A stretch of 56,965 nucleotides of DNA from contig CAYYUZ010000006.1 of the NCBI GenBank assembly GCA_964475005.1, positions 1 through 56,965 of the forward strand, given 5' to 3'. Position numbers and translations under genes: made by a program. How positions within the stretch are numbered: the first letter of the stretch is position 1; each line of letters begins with the position of its first letter. Below are positions 19,856 through 28,940 of the stretch, in pieces. The stretch comes from an uncultured Spirochaetales bacterium (GTDB taxonomy: Bacteria; Spirochaetota; Spirochaetia; JABEVK01). The notes under the pieces were generated by a model. The model did not search any database. It was not told the DNA's origin and was given only the letters and a program-made list of their open reading frames with translations.

Positions 19856-20948
19856 GATTCCTCCTACTTTCGAAGGACGCTTGGTAGGACGAATCCCGGT
19901 ACGGAACATCTGGCTCCTCATGCTTTATGCCTCTGATCTTTCTCATTTCTCGGGTCGGTTTGCAGGGCTACTCGAGAATGATCTTGAAGACCTTCCCAAT
20001 CTCATTGGACGGCTGCTCGCGGATGAAGTAGCTCGCAGGTTGGCACGGAACCTATCACTTGGGTATCGACAACGCTCAGAGACAATCGCAAGAGTTCGAG
20101 GCCGAATTGACCTTCTCGCCACAGCCTCTGGCCAACTCATGGATAGGGGCTTGATAGCCTGTCGGTTCGAAGAAATCACAATTGATACTATTAGAAACCG
20201 TTTTGTCCTGTCCGCTCTTGAACGAATCGGTCGATACCGCGTTGATCCTTCAGTTGCACTGGTCTGCCGAAGCCTGGTCACCGATTTAGGGAGGGCGGGT
20301 GTGTCTCGAAGAATGCCATCTCGGGCGGAGCTTGCCAAAGATCAAATCAGCCGAAATGACTCCAGAGATTTGTTTATGCTAGCATTGGCTAGGCTCGCTT
20401 TCGACCTGGCCTTGCCTACCGAGGAATCCGGACTGGTCCACCTCCGCTCCGTCGAACACGATGAACATTGGGTTCGGAAGCTCTTTGAGAAGGCTGTCGG
20501 AGGCTTCTACAGGGTGGAGCTGATACCCGCTGGCTGGGGGATTCACCCCGGCCAGTTGCTGCAATGGCAAATCGCAGAATCTTCGCCGGGAGCGCAAGAA
20601 ATCACACCGAGTATGAGGACCGATATTGTTCTGGACACACCCCTGGGTCATCGAATAGTCATCGATACAAAATTCACTTCTATGGTCACTAGGGGTTGGT
20701 ATCGCGAATCAAGTCTAAAGACAAATTATCTGTACCAGATGTACGCTTATCTCCGATCCCAGGAGCGTCAGGATGATCCTGGAAGCCCCTGGAACACGGC
20801 TACCGGCATCATGCTTCACCCAGCTATCGACAGGAGCTTCGACGAATACTTGGTGATCCAGAACCACCGAATACGATTCGCCACAGTTAACCTTTCTGGA
20901 ACAACGGTTGAGATTCGCCAAGCCCTGCGGAGTCTTGTTTTAGCATGA
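19833..20948 (+). CDS. mcrC: McrC-family PD-(D/E)xK restriction endonuclease subunit
   Basis: IPVRNIWLLMLYA, LFEKAVGGFY, TDIVL...IVIDTKF, YLYQMYAYL; overlaps the mcrB 3' end. Confidence 0.9.
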   Translation: MSSSSDSEIPPTFEGRLVGRIPVRNIWLLMLYASDLSHFSGRFAGLLENDLEDLPNLIGRLLADEVARRLARNLSLGYRQRSETIARVRGRIDLLATASGQLMDRGLIACRFEEITIDTIRNRFVLSALERIGRYRVDPSVALVCRSLVTDLGRAGVSRRMPSRAELAKDQISRNDSRDLFMLALARLAFDLALPTEESGLVHLRSVEHDEHWVRKLFEKAVGGFYRVELIPAGWGIHPGQLLQWQIAESSPGAQEITPSMRTDIVLDTPLGHRIVIDTKFTSMVTRGWYRESSLKTNYLYQMYAYLRSQERQDDPGSPWNTATGIMLHPAIDRSFDEYLVIQNHRIRFATVNLSGTTVEIRQALRSLVLA

Positions 20949-21062
20949 AGCGGCTATCCTCTCCGGTTTGGTAGCCCTCTATATAAGACAGTCCACCTGC
21001 GCTCGGAGAAGAGCGCCATGGCGGGTTGTTCCACTAGGTTGTCTTCCGTGAGAGGGCGAAAA

Positions 21063-21986
21063 TCAGGGAGCCGATAGACTTGAAAGGCTCTTCAGTCTGT
21101 ATGTCGATCTAGTCCGACCATTCTTGAAACTGATGGTGGTCTTGGTCAAAGCAGCTCGGCAATGTTCATTAAAATACTGCTTCGTAAGTACCGTCGCCTC
21201 ATCTTCAGTCAGGTCATCATCGAGTCGTCCAGAGATTGGTTCAGCATCGTCAGGAACAAAGTCAAACTTCCACGATTCGAGGAGGATTCCTTTGCATACG
21301 CCTGTCAGCGATACTTCTGCCTCGACGGTGATCGTACTGGACACCCGAGAAAAGGCTTCTAGAGCCTGTGCTGGCGACAGAATGAAGCGCAGATCGCCAC
21401 TTTCAAGTTGAAGTCCAGCTTTTCCCTTAGAAACAATTTCCAAGAAGCCTTTGAGATTTTGCACAACCCGAGGCGGTGCCCCGTCGAGAGTCGCGGCGAA
21501 ATCCTCGTCGCTCTTTGCCGAAGCGTCGATTAGCCGCGCCACATCGGCCAGGGTGTCGGCTAACTGGTCCTCGGCAAAAAGCTCGTCATCGTCCGATCTG
21601 GTCAGTTCTAGGCCGAATGACCCACGAGGAAGCGCCGTTAGTAGCAGTCTTGACTGCGACTCTCCCGCGATACGGCCGCGAGAGCCAAGCATTCCCCGCC
21701 ACCGATCAGCATATTGGGTCCTAACCATCGTTTGAAAGGGCTCGAGAACCTTCCCTGCAAAAAGTGCGTCGATCCCTTGAGACCCTTGAACAGGTTCTCC
21801 CGAGAAGAACAGCACCACCTTGGCTTCTTTCTGGCCAAGAGGTAAGGTTTCGATTTGTCCACGAATCTCCGTTTCTCGTTCCCTGTACGAGACTGACATA
21901 ATAGGATGGTCCCCTGCCAGCGCTTTAAGTCGTTGGACTTCTAACAATTGAGTCCTAAGAAAATCTCGATGGGTTCGGGTACTCAC
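21063..21986 (-). CDS. Conserved hypothetical protein, partner of the DUF6932-like NTase
   Basis: 307-aa ORF, GTG start overlapping the upstream stop (GTGA); soluble; F.G.PV.GS.GI and LLT...GSFGLEL motifs. Confidence 0.75.
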   Translation of the reverse strand: MSTRTHRDFLRTQLLEVQRLKALAGDHPIMSVSYRERETEIRGQIETLPLGQKEAKVVLFFSGEPVQGSQGIDALFAGKVLEPFQTMVRTQYADRWRGMLGSRGRIAGESQSRLLLTALPRGSFGLELTRSDDDELFAEDQLADTLADVARLIDASAKSDEDFAATLDGAPPRVVQNLKGFLEIVSKGKAGLQLESGDLRFILSPAQALEAFSRVSSTITVEAEVSLTGVCKGILLESWKFDFVPDDAEPISGRLDDDLTEDEATVLTKQYFNEHCRAALTKTTISFKNGRTRSTYRLKSLSSLSAP

Positions 21987-22546
21987 AGTTGCAGATCCTG
22001 AAGAAACTTAAGTGCCATCTTGTCCTCAGCGGGAGTGTTCAATTCGACCCGGAGCATCCCTTTCCATACTCCTTGGCGGTTATGTGAAAAAAGCATTGCC
22101 CAGCATCGGGCCTGATCGACCGTCAATGCGGGATGGAAGGCGGCGTCCATAGGGTAATGATCGACATGAAAGACGGCTTTTGACAACCTGAAGTCCGCGA
22201 ATTCCGGAAAAGCTACGACAAGCCTCTGCTGGAACGCGTTATCGTAGCCCCAATAGAAGGTCACAACGTCGATATCGCCTGGAGGCCGGCCTTCCTGTGT
22301 CTCGATGTCCTCGGTGAAACTCCCGTCAATCCATTGGAACCCGTTGACGACCCCTTCGTCATGAATTCTTTCTCGAAAAGCCAAGAACCCAATCAAGATT
22401 TCCTTCCGCTTGGACGAGGTTGCAAACCGTTCACATAGGGCAAGGGTGGTACAGGGGTAGGGAGACAATTGGTCTGATCGTCGTGGGTCCCCGAGGTGCG
22501 GTGGAAGGACTAGGTTGTGGTCGAAATCAGGAATTGCCGTCGACAT
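21983..22546 (-). CDS. DUF6932-like protein, putative minimal pol-beta-fold nucleotidyltransferase
   Basis: QWIDGSFTE...PGDIDVV, a GS plus DxD catalytic signature; N-terminal P.F....LPP. Confidence 0.7.
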   Translation of the reverse strand: MSTAIPDFDHNLVLPPHLGDPRRSDQLSPYPCTTLALCERFATSSKRKEILIGFLAFRERIHDEGVVNGFQWIDGSFTEDIETQEGRPPGDIDVVTFYWGYDNAFQQRLVVAFPEFADFRLSKAVFHVDHYPMDAAFHPALTVDQARCWAMLFSHNRQGVWKGMLRVELNTPAEDKMALKFLQDLQL

Positions 22547-22899
22547 AGTTCATATTAAGGTTGCTTAGGACGTTCTGTCCACTCATAAGCGGGGGAGGAG
22601 AAGATTGGGGGGCTGTCGAAGGTTTTGGACTTTGGCCACCGAGTCATGTTGCTCTTCTAACCCCGTTTACCTAACCGTTTACCAAAAGCGGGTTGACCGA
22701 TCCTGAAACCCGGTGATAGCCTCTGAACGGTAGCGGTAGCTACTGGCTGTTCTTGGTCAGACTGGTGGGAAAGAGCCTCTGAAACCTCTTGAATGGTCCT
22801 GACTGGCGGTGAAGTAGCACCCTTACGAGCTTGAGGTGCTGGTATGTGTCGTGACACTTCTTGAACCGGACACTGGCGGACCAAGAAGGGGGTGCAACG

Positions 22900-23520
22900 A
22901 TGAGATGGAAATCTTGGATCGACATCCACAAGGGGCTCACCCCGCTTCTGATCCTGACGTTGATAGTCCTTTTCAGAGCCTGGGACAATACGACGGCTTG
23001 GCTCTATCTAGGTCTGCATGGCACCTACGGGGTGCTGTGGGTACTCAAAAGCCGAATCTTTGGCGACAAGACCTGGGAAAGGAGGGTTCCTTTCTTGTTA
23101 GGCATCGGAACCTGGATCGGACTGAGTCTGTTCTGGGTGGCCCCCTACTTGATCGTTAGCCAACGCCTAGCTGCTCCAGCCTGGCTGATGGGCGTTTCAA
23201 CGTTCGCCTTCACGCTTGGCGTCTTCTTACATTTCGCCTCAGACATGCAGAAACATACTTCTCTCGCCCTGAACCCCGGACACCTGATCACCACAGGCCT
23301 TTTTCGGCGCACACGAAATCCTAACTACCTTGGCGAGCTCTTGATCTACGCAGGATTCAGCTCTCTTGCGATGTCTTGGTTCCCGATAACCGCAGTTCTT
23401 GGCTTCCTCGCCTTCATTTGGGTTCCAAACATGCTTCGCAAGGACAAGTCCCTTTCCCGCTATCCCGAGTTCGCTGAGTATCGACAGAAATCCAAACTCC
23501 TGATTCCCTTCGTGGTTTGA
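22900..23520 (+). CDS. DUF1295 / isoprenylcysteine methyltransferase-like membrane protein
   Basis: Hydrophobic; LITTGLFRRTRNPNYLGE motif. Confidence 0.8.
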   Translation: MRWKSWIDIHKGLTPLLILTLIVLFRAWDNTTAWLYLGLHGTYGVLWVLKSRIFGDKTWERRVPFLLGIGTWIGLSLFWVAPYLIVSQRLAAPAWLMGVSTFAFTLGVFLHFASDMQKHTSLALNPGHLITTGLFRRTRNPNYLGELLIYAGFSSLAMSWFPITAVLGFLAFIWVPNMLRKDKSLSRYPEFAEYRQKSKLLIPFVV

Positions 23521-24009
23521 TGCCAGCTTCGGCGAACGCTGACCCGGGTGTTCTTGGAGGCGCCCTAGATCAGAAGGCGAATTGTACGACTTCACAAAAA
23601 AGGCCAATCAGGAAGGCGGCGCGGAGGGTTTAAGGAAGAACTACGCCGCGCCGGGACTCTGACTGACGTCGACATCCGGTTCCGGCATTGGGCCACCACT
23701 GTTTGTGAGCGTTTGACATTACCCACTTTCGTGGTGGGCACTACCCACAAAAAGCGTCCTTGGATTCAGTCCAGCAAGTTTTCCAAGTACCTTCCTTGCA
23801 TGCCGGTGAGGACGTGGATCGGATTGCCAGAATCAAGGAACTAGGCTACGAGAACCTCGTCATGGCGGATCAAGGCTTTGTTCAAGCCCTCTCCGAGAAT
23901 GGACCGAGGTTCTCGCAGGCTTTTTCAGGTATGGTCTGGGAACAAAAAATCAAGGGAATTCAATAACGAGTGAAGTTCTTCGGAAAGATTCTTACTGTGT
24001 GACACGGTT

Positions 24010-24753
24010 TCAGCCGTTGATCTGCGAAAAGACCTCGGCATAGTTGCCTTTCGACTCAGCGAACCTCAGGAACTTCACCCGCTCAACGAGCACTTCCTTG
24101 ACGCCCTGATCGGAGCTCAAGATTTCGATCACCTCTGCGATGAAATCTTTCAATGGCATGGCGTAGGGGTCGTGCGCCTGATGTGATCCCATGAGTTCGG
24201 TCTGAACGTACGGAGGAGCGATTTCGATGACTTGAACGGATGAGCCTGCCAATTGGTGTCGGAGCGACTCGGAATAGGAGTGGATAGCAGCCTTGGTTGC
24301 GCTGTAGGTGATAGTTCCAGCCATGGGAACGAAAGCTAACCCTGACGACACGGTCAAGATGGCGGCATGGACCTGGCCCAAGAGGTGGGGAAGCAGCGGT
24401 GTAGTGAGTCGGATCGGACCGAGGAGGTTGGTCGCGATGGTTGCCTCAGCCACGTCAGAGTTTCCTGCCTTCGAGTCTTCCGGCCGCATGATACCGGCAT
24501 TGTGGATGACGACGTTGAGGGCGGGGAAGTCAGCCTTGAGCTTCTCGGCGAAGGCTGTGATTGAACTTGCGTTTTCGATGTCGAGCACAACCGACTTCAT
24601 CCCCGGGTTGACCTGGGTCACTTCGTCGAGCAGAGCCTTTCGGCGCCCTGCGATAATGACTTGGTTTCCTAAAGCGTGGAAGGCTTCGGCCAACCCTCGT
24701 CCGATCCCCGATCCCCCACCGGTGATCAAGATCGTATTTCCTTTCATCTGCAT
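24010..24753 (-). CDS. Short-chain dehydrogenase/reductase (DltE-like)
   Basis: TGGGSGIG, NAG, YSATK catalytic motif. Confidence 0.93.
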   Translation of the reverse strand: MQMKGNTILITGGGSGIGRGLAEAFHALGNQVIIAGRRKALLDEVTQVNPGMKSVVLDIENASSITAFAEKLKADFPALNVVIHNAGIMRPEDSKAGNSDVAEATIATNLLGPIRLTTPLLPHLLGQVHAAILTVSSGLAFVPMAGTITYSATKAAIHSYSESLRHQLAGSSVQVIEIAPPYVQTELMGSHQAHDPYAMPLKDFIAEVIEILSSDQGVKEVLVERVKFLRFAESKGNYAEVFSQING

Positions 24754-24892
24754 GATGATACTCCTTCAATTTGGGACATAACTTAAGGATAGCCACGGCG
24801 GTTCCGACAGGCTTTCCCAAAAGAAGCGAGTTATTGCCTAATCATGCCGAAGAACTTGTCCCAGGCGAGTTCCGGATCTATCATATTTCAAT

Positions 24893-25792
24893 ATGAACTT
24901 TCACGACAGGCTCATCGAGGCGGCTCTCCGCTGGGCGGAATCGGGCAGTTCGAATCTCTGGATGGGGAAGGTAAACGTTCAGAGAATCCCGATGCCGACT
25001 GAACCACAACCTATGGTCTATGAGCCGATTGTGGCCCTGGTGCTCCAGGGCAAAAAGCGCACAATGATCGGTCACCAAACCCTGGAGTATGGAGCGGGTG
25101 AAGTATTTGTGGGAGCGATAGACATGCCGGTTCTTTGGCAGGTCATCCAGGCCAACGCGAGCGAACCTTTTGTTTCGGTGAGCCTTTTCATTGACCCGAG
25201 CAAGCTCCAGGGTATCCTACTCGATATGGAACCCAGCGATCTGCCTGCCTTTGCCTCAGGTTTTGGAGTCACCCCGGTCGAAGAGGAAGTGGTCGAAGCC
25301 TTCTCGAGACTCTTGAGAGTCTTCGCGCGCCCCCAAGACGTGAACTTCTTGGCGCCACTGGTAGAACGGGAGATTCTTTTCCGCCTCCTCCAAGGGCCTC
25401 ACGGTGCAATGCTCAGGCAAATGGCTGTCTCTGGTAGTCGTCTGACACAGGTCAGGACGGCCCTTACTTGGCTGAAGGCTAACTTTGCCGTTCCCATCCA
25501 CATCGACGATCTTGCCTCCTTGACGGGCATGAGCGTCTCCGTATTCCATCGGCATTTCAAAGCCGTTACCGCGATGACTCCTATCCAATATCAGAAACAA
25601 CTGAGGCTCCATGAGGCACGTCGTCGCTTGATGGAGGAATCGGGGGACGCTACGGGCGTTGCGTTTTCGGTGGGCTACGAAAGTCAATCGCAGTTTACCA
25701 GGGAGTACTCACGACTCTTTGGCGCACCCCCCATTCGAGACGTCAGACGCTTGCATCGCTTACGTGCAGATCGATTTTCGGCGAACACTTGA
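24893..25792 (+). CDS. AraC family regulator with AraC_N domain, divergent from the SDR gene
   Basis: LVLQGKK, MSVSVFHRHFKAVTAMTPIQYQKQLRL, VGYESQSQFTREYSRLFG. Confidence 0.93.
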   Translation: MNFHDRLIEAALRWAESGSSNLWMGKVNVQRIPMPTEPQPMVYEPIVALVLQGKKRTMIGHQTLEYGAGEVFVGAIDMPVLWQVIQANASEPFVSVSLFIDPSKLQGILLDMEPSDLPAFASGFGVTPVEEEVVEAFSRLLRVFARPQDVNFLAPLVEREILFRLLQGPHGAMLRQMAVSGSRLTQVRTALTWLKANFAVPIHIDDLASLTGMSVSVFHRHFKAVTAMTPIQYQKQLRLHEARRRLMEESGDATGVAFSVGYESQSQFTREYSRLFGAPPIRDVRRLHRLRADRFSANT

Positions 25793-26110
25793 GTAGCCCT
25801 CTGGTGTGGAGCGACAACCCACTCTGGTCTCAAATCTGGCTTATCTCGAGAGCCGGTTGGACCGCGAAGCCGCGCGCACGCTCCCCCTCGGTGCCTCCGG
25901 CAAGGCCATCGTAAACCGTGAGACACGTTCGCCGCCTTCCTTGAGCACGGCGACTGGACGACGCTACTTCGTTGGAACATGATGATGTAAGGGTTACATA
26001 CTGCGGGTTCGCAGAACAGGTTTTTGGGCCCGGCCGGGTCACAGTGATTCCTTTGCACAAATTCGATCCATGAGAAAATGGGAATCTCCACGAATCCTTC
26101 TCGGCAAGCC

Positions 26111-26137
26111 TGTCGATTTTCTTCTCTCTGGTTCGTC
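26111..26137 (+). promoter_or_regulatory. Putative ECF42-type sigma promoter
   Basis: TGTCGA-N17-CGTC upstream of a YciI/DGPF-family gene, the known ECF42 target context. Confidence 0.5.
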
Positions 26138-26169
26138 GACTGGAATGACTGATGAAAAAGGAGAAACAC

Positions 26170-26335
26170 ATGAGAGTCATGGTGATCGTCAAAGCCACGA
26201 AGGATTCCGAAGAGGGTGTCATGCACAGCACGCAACTACTCACGGAAATGGGTGCGTTTAATGAAGAGTTGGTCAAGTCGGGCATGATCCTAGCCGGCGA
26301 CGGCCGCCACCCGAGCAACATGGGGGTGAGGGTCG
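26170..26335 (+). pseudogene. Truncated YciI/DGPF-family gene
   Basis: MRVMVIVKATKDSEEG...MGAFNEELVKSG...G..P...GVRV, then homology stops before the DGPF motif where CRISPR-like sequence begins. Confidence 0.75.
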
Positions 26336-26661
26336 CCCCACGGCCATTCTTGCACCACTTGACGGGACACTACCACCTACAAAACCAATTACTGTCTTCC
26401 CCCGCCCGTGGGGTGTTTCCATACCCTAGTTTCAGCAGTGGGTATCCCAGGAGTCTTCCCCACGGCGGTGGGGGTGTTTCTAGTCCTCAAGCCAAAGGTA
26501 GATGTCACCGGAGGTCTTCCCTGCGCTGGTTGGGGTTTCTTGAGCGAAAAAGTCAGTAGTCTGCTGAGGGTCCAGACTTCCCTTTGCTGCTGGGGATGTT
26601 TCCGGTCTAAGGGGACCTTGCGGCCCCCTCTGTTGCCTTCCATCGGGCGCTCGGAAGTCTC
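26332..26661 (+). CRISPR. Degenerate orphan CRISPR array, type I-E-like repeat GTCTTCCCCACGGCGGTGGGGGTGTTTC
   Basis: Clear repeats start at 26394, 26453, 26514, 26575 (periods 59/61/61; spacers 33-35 nt); weak partial copies at 26332 and 26635; CCCC..GGGG hairpin; no cas genes in the window. Confidence 0.85.
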
Positions 26662-26889
26662 GGGAGAGTATCAAGTTCACATCAGACATGTGTCAGGAGT
26701 CGCACAGAAAGTCGCACTTTCGAGTTGGCTTTTGGGTTATTGCCGGTTGACTGCCACAGGGAACCGGGACTAGCCTCAAGATGCCAGGACGCACCATTCT
26801 CCAGCTGTTAGAAGGAGTTACTCTATCGGCGCAAGGAATTTTTGGTGCATCTTGGTTCGTTGTGATACGTCCCGATATGGGTCCAAATT

Positions 26890-26914
26890 GGTTTCAGGTA
26901 CTAGTGCCGCGAGG
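26890..26914 (+). repeat. 25-bp direct repeat, copy 1 (duplicate of the integrase 3' end)
   Basis: GGTTTCAGGTACTAGTGCCGCGAGG matches 28941-28965 at 23/25. Confidence 0.8.
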
Positions 26915-26993
26915 CATGAAGGTTTGAGCAAGGACCTCCGCTCCTTCCCGAGCGGTGTCTCGGGTCTAGGTCATTTTGTGGTAAAGTACAGGA

Positions 26994-27671
26994 ATGAACA
27001 AGAAAGAGCTTTGGCTTCGCCTCTCGGGTTACCAGTTTGACCATATTGTCCTACCAAAGTTTCAGGACCGAATCGTTGCAGTGTTCGGCGGTGATGACCC
27101 ATCGACCCACGCTTTCGTAGCCAAGATCTCGAAGAAGCTCGGGTGGGATTCGAAATTCACGATGAGAGCCCTGCGCGAGTACAAGAAGTTCGTCTATTTG
27201 GGGGTGGTTGCCGGGTTCCCTGTGACTCCTCCCAAACTTCTCGACCAGGTCTGGCATGAACATTTGTTGTTTACCAAAGCTTATCGTGAGTTCTGTTCGG
27301 ATATCCTAGAACGTCCTTTCGACCATAATCCAGAACTTCTGCCTTCGGACGAACAGACGGAGGTCTACCAGGCCCAGTACCAAGCTACCCTTGACCTCTA
27401 CCAGACGGAGTTTGGGTACGAAGCACCTGTTGCTGTCTGGGGAACCCCAAAGTTTGAGGCAGTGTACAGGAAACCAGAGCCACAACTAACAGCTGGCGAC
27501 TTCTCTCCCTCATATTCGGCCTATCACGACTATTCCGGCGACCCCCCACTCGTGCTCTGGAGCGATCTGGATCTTGCCGGCACTTTTGATAGCGATCCAG
27601 GTTCGGATTCCGGCGGCGGTGGCTCGTCGGATGGTGGTGGGTGTAGTTCGGGATGCGGTGGAGGGGATTAG
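26994..27671 (+). CDS. Glycine-rich-domain-containing protein (GRDP/TIGR04222-related)
   Basis: GW....A..EYKKF, TPP..LDQVWHEHLLFT..Y..FC...HNP motifs; Gly/Ser/Cys tail GGCSSGCGGGD. Confidence 0.75.
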   Translation: MNKKELWLRLSGYQFDHIVLPKFQDRIVAVFGGDDPSTHAFVAKISKKLGWDSKFTMRALREYKKFVYLGVVAGFPVTPPKLLDQVWHEHLLFTKAYREFCSDILERPFDHNPELLPSDEQTEVYQAQYQATLDLYQTEFGYEAPVAVWGTPKFEAVYRKPEPQLTAGDFSPSYSAYHDYSGDPPLVLWSDLDLAGTFDSDPGSDSGGGGSSDGGGCSSGCGGGD

Positions 27672-27685
27672 GCCTTCCTTGGGTC

Positions 27686-28792
27686 CTAGGACAGGAAATG
27701 CGGACCGGCTATTGCCGACATACTAAAGGTCAAGCGTATGTCGAGATTCTCACGAATCCTCCCGGCTGCAACATCATCAAAGACTCGAACGACTACCCGC
27801 AGGTTCGGTTGGCAAGTCCGCGCGTTCAGCGCGATTTCAATGTTTGCGAAGTCGTCATTCACCACGGCAACTACCGCCCGAGCCCGATGTGCCCCCACGT
27901 CCCGTAGAACTTGAGGGAGACGAGCATCTCCGATATAGACATCAATCCCAAGAGCTCGAAGATGGTCAGCGGCTGGAAGCCCGTCGGTCTTCTCTACAAC
28001 AATGACTTTTTCTTTTCTTGCAACTAAATCCTCGGCGATACAGGCTCCCAGTCGACCCAGGCCGCAAAGAATGATGTGGTTCCTGTTAGGATAGACTTTG
28101 CGACCCTGCGATAGTTCTGCCCGGCGGCTCAGCATAGACTGGGTTGTCAGTGAGAAGATGGCCCAAATAAAGACTGCGGAACCAAGAATCAGCAGGATGG
28201 CGACCACCTTGCTCATGGCGGCGGCGCTGAGGAGATTCAGATCGCCATACCCTACCGTTGATGCGGTAACGACCACGAAATATAACGAGTCGAGCCAGCT
28301 GAACCTTTCAGCGATGTGAAAGTACGTCGTTGCGAGGGCGAGAACAATACCAAAGGTCACCAGAAGCCGCCGCAAAAGGGGGTCCCGTCGGCTACGTCTC
28401 CTCGTGCTGGGCCGAGAGTGACCCGGTAAGGGAGCTCGATCTAGCGGAACCTCCAGGGCTCTCAGGAAAGATGGTGCAGCGAGAGCTGCCGGATTTAGGA
28501 TTGTGACTTCGGGGTGCGCGGCGCGGATTGGAGCCGCGACATTCTCGTTGAACAATGCCGCCACAATCTGGAGTTCGGACTTGAAAGAAAGGAAGGCGAT
28601 CAAGAGTTCGAGGTTCCGGTCGTCATTGTCGTCGACGAGAATCGCCTTGACCCACTGTGTCTCGCCGACTTTCGGATGCTCCGGAACTCCTTCATGACAC
28701 CGTTCGACCATGCTCCCCTGTTCGACCAGGAGGTCAGCAATCCGTTGAGCCAGATGTCCAGAGCCAGCAACCAAAAAGCACCTTGAGTTCAT
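27686..28792 (-). CDS. Potassium channel protein with TrkA-N/RCK domains
   Basis: Pore signature TASTVGYGD between two TM helices; GSGHLA and CGLGRLG Rossmann motifs. Confidence 0.85.
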   Translation of the reverse strand: MNSRCFLVAGSGHLAQRIADLLVEQGSMVERCHEGVPEHPKVGETQWVKAILVDDNDDRNLELLIAFLSFKSELQIVAALFNENVAAPIRAAHPEVTILNPAALAAPSFLRALEVPLDRAPLPGHSRPSTRRRSRRDPLLRRLLVTFGIVLALATTYFHIAERFSWLDSLYFVVVTASTVGYGDLNLLSAAAMSKVVAILLILGSAVFIWAIFSLTTQSMLSRRAELSQGRKVYPNRNHIILCGLGRLGACIAEDLVARKEKVIVVEKTDGLPAADHLRALGIDVYIGDARLPQVLRDVGAHRARAVVAVVNDDFANIEIALNARTCQPNLRVVVRVFDDVAAGRIRENLDIRLTFSMSAIAGPHFLS

Positions 28793-28940
28793 GTCTCCAA
28801 TCTAGCACACCATTGAGAGTGGCGATCCATCATGCTGGAAGCATTCGAGTCGGGAATGTTTGACAGACAACCCTGTTCAGGAGGCTACAAGTAGCCGCAA
28901 CGAGGCAAAATCAAGCACAAACCCTACTGGACCCGGTTAC

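Noticed and set aside
22550-22700. Possible integron attC site
   Set aside because: No proper RYYYAAC/GTTRRRY pairing and the integrase shows no integron context
23760-23966. 68-aa ORF, possible gene fragment
   Set aside because: No recognisable family
26420-26452. ATACCC/GGGTAT hairpin within spacer 1 and a 9-mer match near base 291
   Set aside because: Too short to indicate self-targeting or structure
26336-26689. ORFs 26152..26559 (3' part), 26389..26643, 26408..26773, 26480..26689
   Set aside because: They read through the CRISPR repeats and are spurious
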